Positions 61,708-64,000 of a DNA stretch of 64,000 nucleotides are shown here, one piece after another (the first letter of the stretch is position 1; every line of letters begins with the position of its first letter). The DNA comes from a virus, in IMG/VR virus record IMGVR_UViG_2778260932_000003, positions 9,788 through 73,787 of that record; one strand, written 5' to 3'. The position numbers were made by a program, and so were the translations under genes. The notes beneath the pieces are model-generated. The model did not search any database. It had not been told where the DNA came from and was given only the letters and a program-made list of their open reading frames with translations.

Positions 61708-62466
61708 TTAAATTTTTACATTTTCAATTTTTTTCTGAAAATTTTCCATAAATATTTTTTCACCAAATCCCATTACTAATCCTGCGGAAAAAGCCATTAT
61801 AGGATCATTTTCAATATTATTAGAATTAAAGTTTCCTAATTGTATTATTATAACTCCAGATTTCATTAGTAAAGCAAGGGATATCGAAAATATAACAATG
61901 AAAATTATCCTAGAATATATGCCGGAACTATCACTTAATATAGGGATGATATCATTGAAATCAATATTTCTAGTTCTGAATGCAATAGAAAGCCAACATC
62001 CTATGCAAGACCCTAGTCCGACCAGAATTAACTTTGAAAGATAAATAATATTAGAATCTTGCTGATTGCTATTGATCCATAAATAAGTTAACCAAAATAG
62101 TATAAATGGCAGTGTGATTATTTTAATAAATCTTATAAGGATACTGCTCTTAAGGTGAGGTGATTTTTCATGCAATAGTTCCTGCTTTATTTTTTCTATA
62201 CTATTTTGAGCGAGAAGACACTGAGTCTTACTACCATTAAAAGCAAGATCGGCAATTATATACACACGTTCATAATAATAATTATACATAATTTTATCAT
62301 TGGAACAAAGACGTTGTAATACACGGATGAAAAGCTCAATATCATCTTTTAGCCTAACTATCGTATCAGGAAATTCATCTACACCGTCTTCAACCTTGAA
62401 AAAAATATCGTTTAATTCATTCGGCACTTCATATTTAGATACAGTGAAAAATTTATCATTTGGCAT
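61708..62466 (-). CDS. Hypothetical membrane protein (soluble N-half, ~4 TM C-half)
   Basis: Hydrophobic stretches from ~residue 110; co-oriented with the S8 gene. Confidence 0.7.
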   Translation of the reverse strand: MPNDKFFTVSKYEVPNELNDIFFKVEDGVDEFPDTIVRLKDDIELFIRVLQRLCSNDKIMYNYYYERVYIIADLAFNGSKTQCLLAQNSIEKIKQELLHEKSPHLKSSILIRFIKIITLPFILFWLTYLWINSNQQDSNIIYLSKLILVGLGSCIGCWLSIAFRTRNIDFNDIIPILSDSSGIYSRIIFIVIFSISLALLMKSGVIIIQLGNFNSNNIENDPIMAFSAGLVMGFGEKIFMENFQKKIENVKI

Positions 62467-62470
62467 ATGA

Positions 62471-62692
62471 TTATTTCCCGCAGAATCTACAGGTTGATTT
62501 TGGTAATGTAGGGTTATCCCTTCCAGTTATAGAGTACGTTACACCAAAACTTATCTTACTTTTTATATCTGAAATGCTTTGCTTAATTCTTTCTATTTCC
62601 GTCTGTGAATTATTCAGGCATGTGGATGTCTTTAAAGATTCTAATCGAGAGTAGATTTGCTCTAAATCATAAATTACTTCAGATTTTTTCAT
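62471..62692 (-). CDS. Small hypothetical protein ending in CxxC
   Basis: ATGA overlap with the S8 stop; C-terminal CRFCGK. Confidence 0.5.
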   Translation of the reverse strand: MKKSEVIYDLEQIYSRLESLKTSTCLNNSQTEIERIKQSISDIKSKISFGVTYSITGRDNPTLPKSTCRFCGK

Positions 62693-64000
62693 GATATTCT
62701 TACCTCATCACGGATAGTAATATCTTGAAAAACAGCACCCAAAGCTATCAAGTTTTGACTCATCTCATTATAAATATTTATTGCTCTTTTAGTTGGATCT
62801 TCAATTGTGATGATAACTGAAAAAGGTATGCCTTCTGGAGGATAAGTCACGCCATCCCGAACCTGAGATGTAACTCTTAGCCTCCAGTTTGATGAGTTTC
62901 CAAACCCATTCTTACTTATTCTTTCATAAACTTTAGAGGGCCACCATTTAAATCCATGTTCTATTAGATTCTTTTCATAATTGAGATCGGCACCAAGCCG
63001 GTTATCCCAAATTGAATTGACAGCCTTTCCAAATTTACCCTTATTGTTTTTTATATGCTCTTGCTGTAAGGAAGCGTCAATATTAACTCTGATATACTCT
63101 TGGCCATATTGTCTGTCTATTTTTGGCGAATAAACTAGAGACATTCTTACTTTTCCTTTGCATTTTTCAGAAGAAGTTATTAGTGACTTTGGCCAAATGA
63201 AATTAAATTCAGCTATTTGGCCTCTTTTAAGAATATCCTCGAAAATAAATGTAAAAGATGTTTCATCTTTACTTATTATTTCAGAAGAACTATTTGGAAA
63301 ACCAAAGCCAACAAAGTCCTTAGCTTCTTTACCAAGATTTTTTGAGGATAGGCAATCAGGTATTTTGGCACTATGAATTATAAGAGCCTTAAGCGTATTT
63401 ATGCTTAGGTTTTCATTTGATTTGAAGTCAATTGCTGCAATTGTTTTTGCTACATGTGGGACAGCCAAGCTTGTTCCATGAGAATTGAAACATAGGTTAT
63501 TATTCCCATCGAGTGTGACGAAAAAGGAGTTTTTGGGGTCACTGATACCACCAATATGAACTAAATCAGGTTTTATACCATATGCTGTTGCAGGTCCTCT
63601 TCTGGTATACCTTGCTGGAGCTTGATAAGTAATCAGTTCATTTTCGACATGATTAACAGCTCCAACCGATATTGAGGTAACTGAATCGGCAGGCTGAAGA
63701 ACTTTATCTTGTTGTTGAAACCTAGCAAGCATACGAAAAAACCTGTTCTTCATTTTTAGGCCATTCACTACGATATTTTTTATCTTCTAAGTTCCCAACA
63801 GATATTATGAATATCACATTAAATTTGATTGATATTTCATCAATTCTTGCAGCGATAAAACTATATTCACTGTCTGATATAACTTGTTGGAAATTTATAC
63901 TCATACTTATTATACGGAAACCATATTCTCGTGCTGCCTGCACTTCCAAATACAACCAATCTGTAAATTCTGGTAGTGTCTCAAAATGATCATCAAAACT
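62689..64000 (-). CDS. S8 (subtilase) family serine peptidase, IetS/Y4bN-like; partial at the window end, +1 frameshift in A6 at 63736-63741
   Basis: IISMSIN, FIISVGN (oxyanion), YTRRGP, KPDLVHIGG, HGTSLAVPHVA (catalytic Ser). The frame is open to base 64000; removing one base gives QVFRMLARF. Confidence 0.85.

Overview
An accessory/island-rich window from an enterobacterial genome (Xenorhabdus/Photorhabdus-like by inference from the ERIC repeat, vgrG-rhs cluster and AT-rich cargo). (1) 1-12.8 kb: AT-rich two-partner-secretion/CDI-like polymorphic toxin array. It holds several deaminase-fold toxin ends, paired immunity genes (an unrecognised domain plus SUKH, split or fused) and stand-alone ~320-aa TPS-domain genes. 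(2) 13.1-23.8 kb: headless HK97/lambda-like prophage tail module, partly decayed. (3) 23.9-29.3 kb: RloC-like ABC-ATPase/HEPN anticodon nuclease between 33-bp inverted repeats, then a toxin-antitoxin cluster (Phd-VapC, two SymE-like, RelE/HigB-HTH) and an ERIC repeat. (4) 29.4-39.7 kb: T6SS vgrG-DUF2169-PAAR(DUF4150)-Rhs-immunity cluster followed by hairpin-bounded orphan immunity modules. (5) 40.4-41.8 kb: island integrase and a tRNA-Arg(UCU) 3' att fragment. (6) 41.8-60.8 kb: capsid-forming PICI-like satellite with int, alpA, primase/helicase, ori, a complete head/packaging module and no tail genes. Its cargo is Hcp plus two unknown genes and an IS630-split DUF262-HNH gene; it also carries an IS30. 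(7) 60.8-64 kb: stub of another P4-like element (primase tail, TGTTCACC ori iterons) with an S8-peptidase operon. Many frameshifts are +1 homopolymer expansions and may be sequencing errors. All family assignments come from motif recognition by eye, not database searches.
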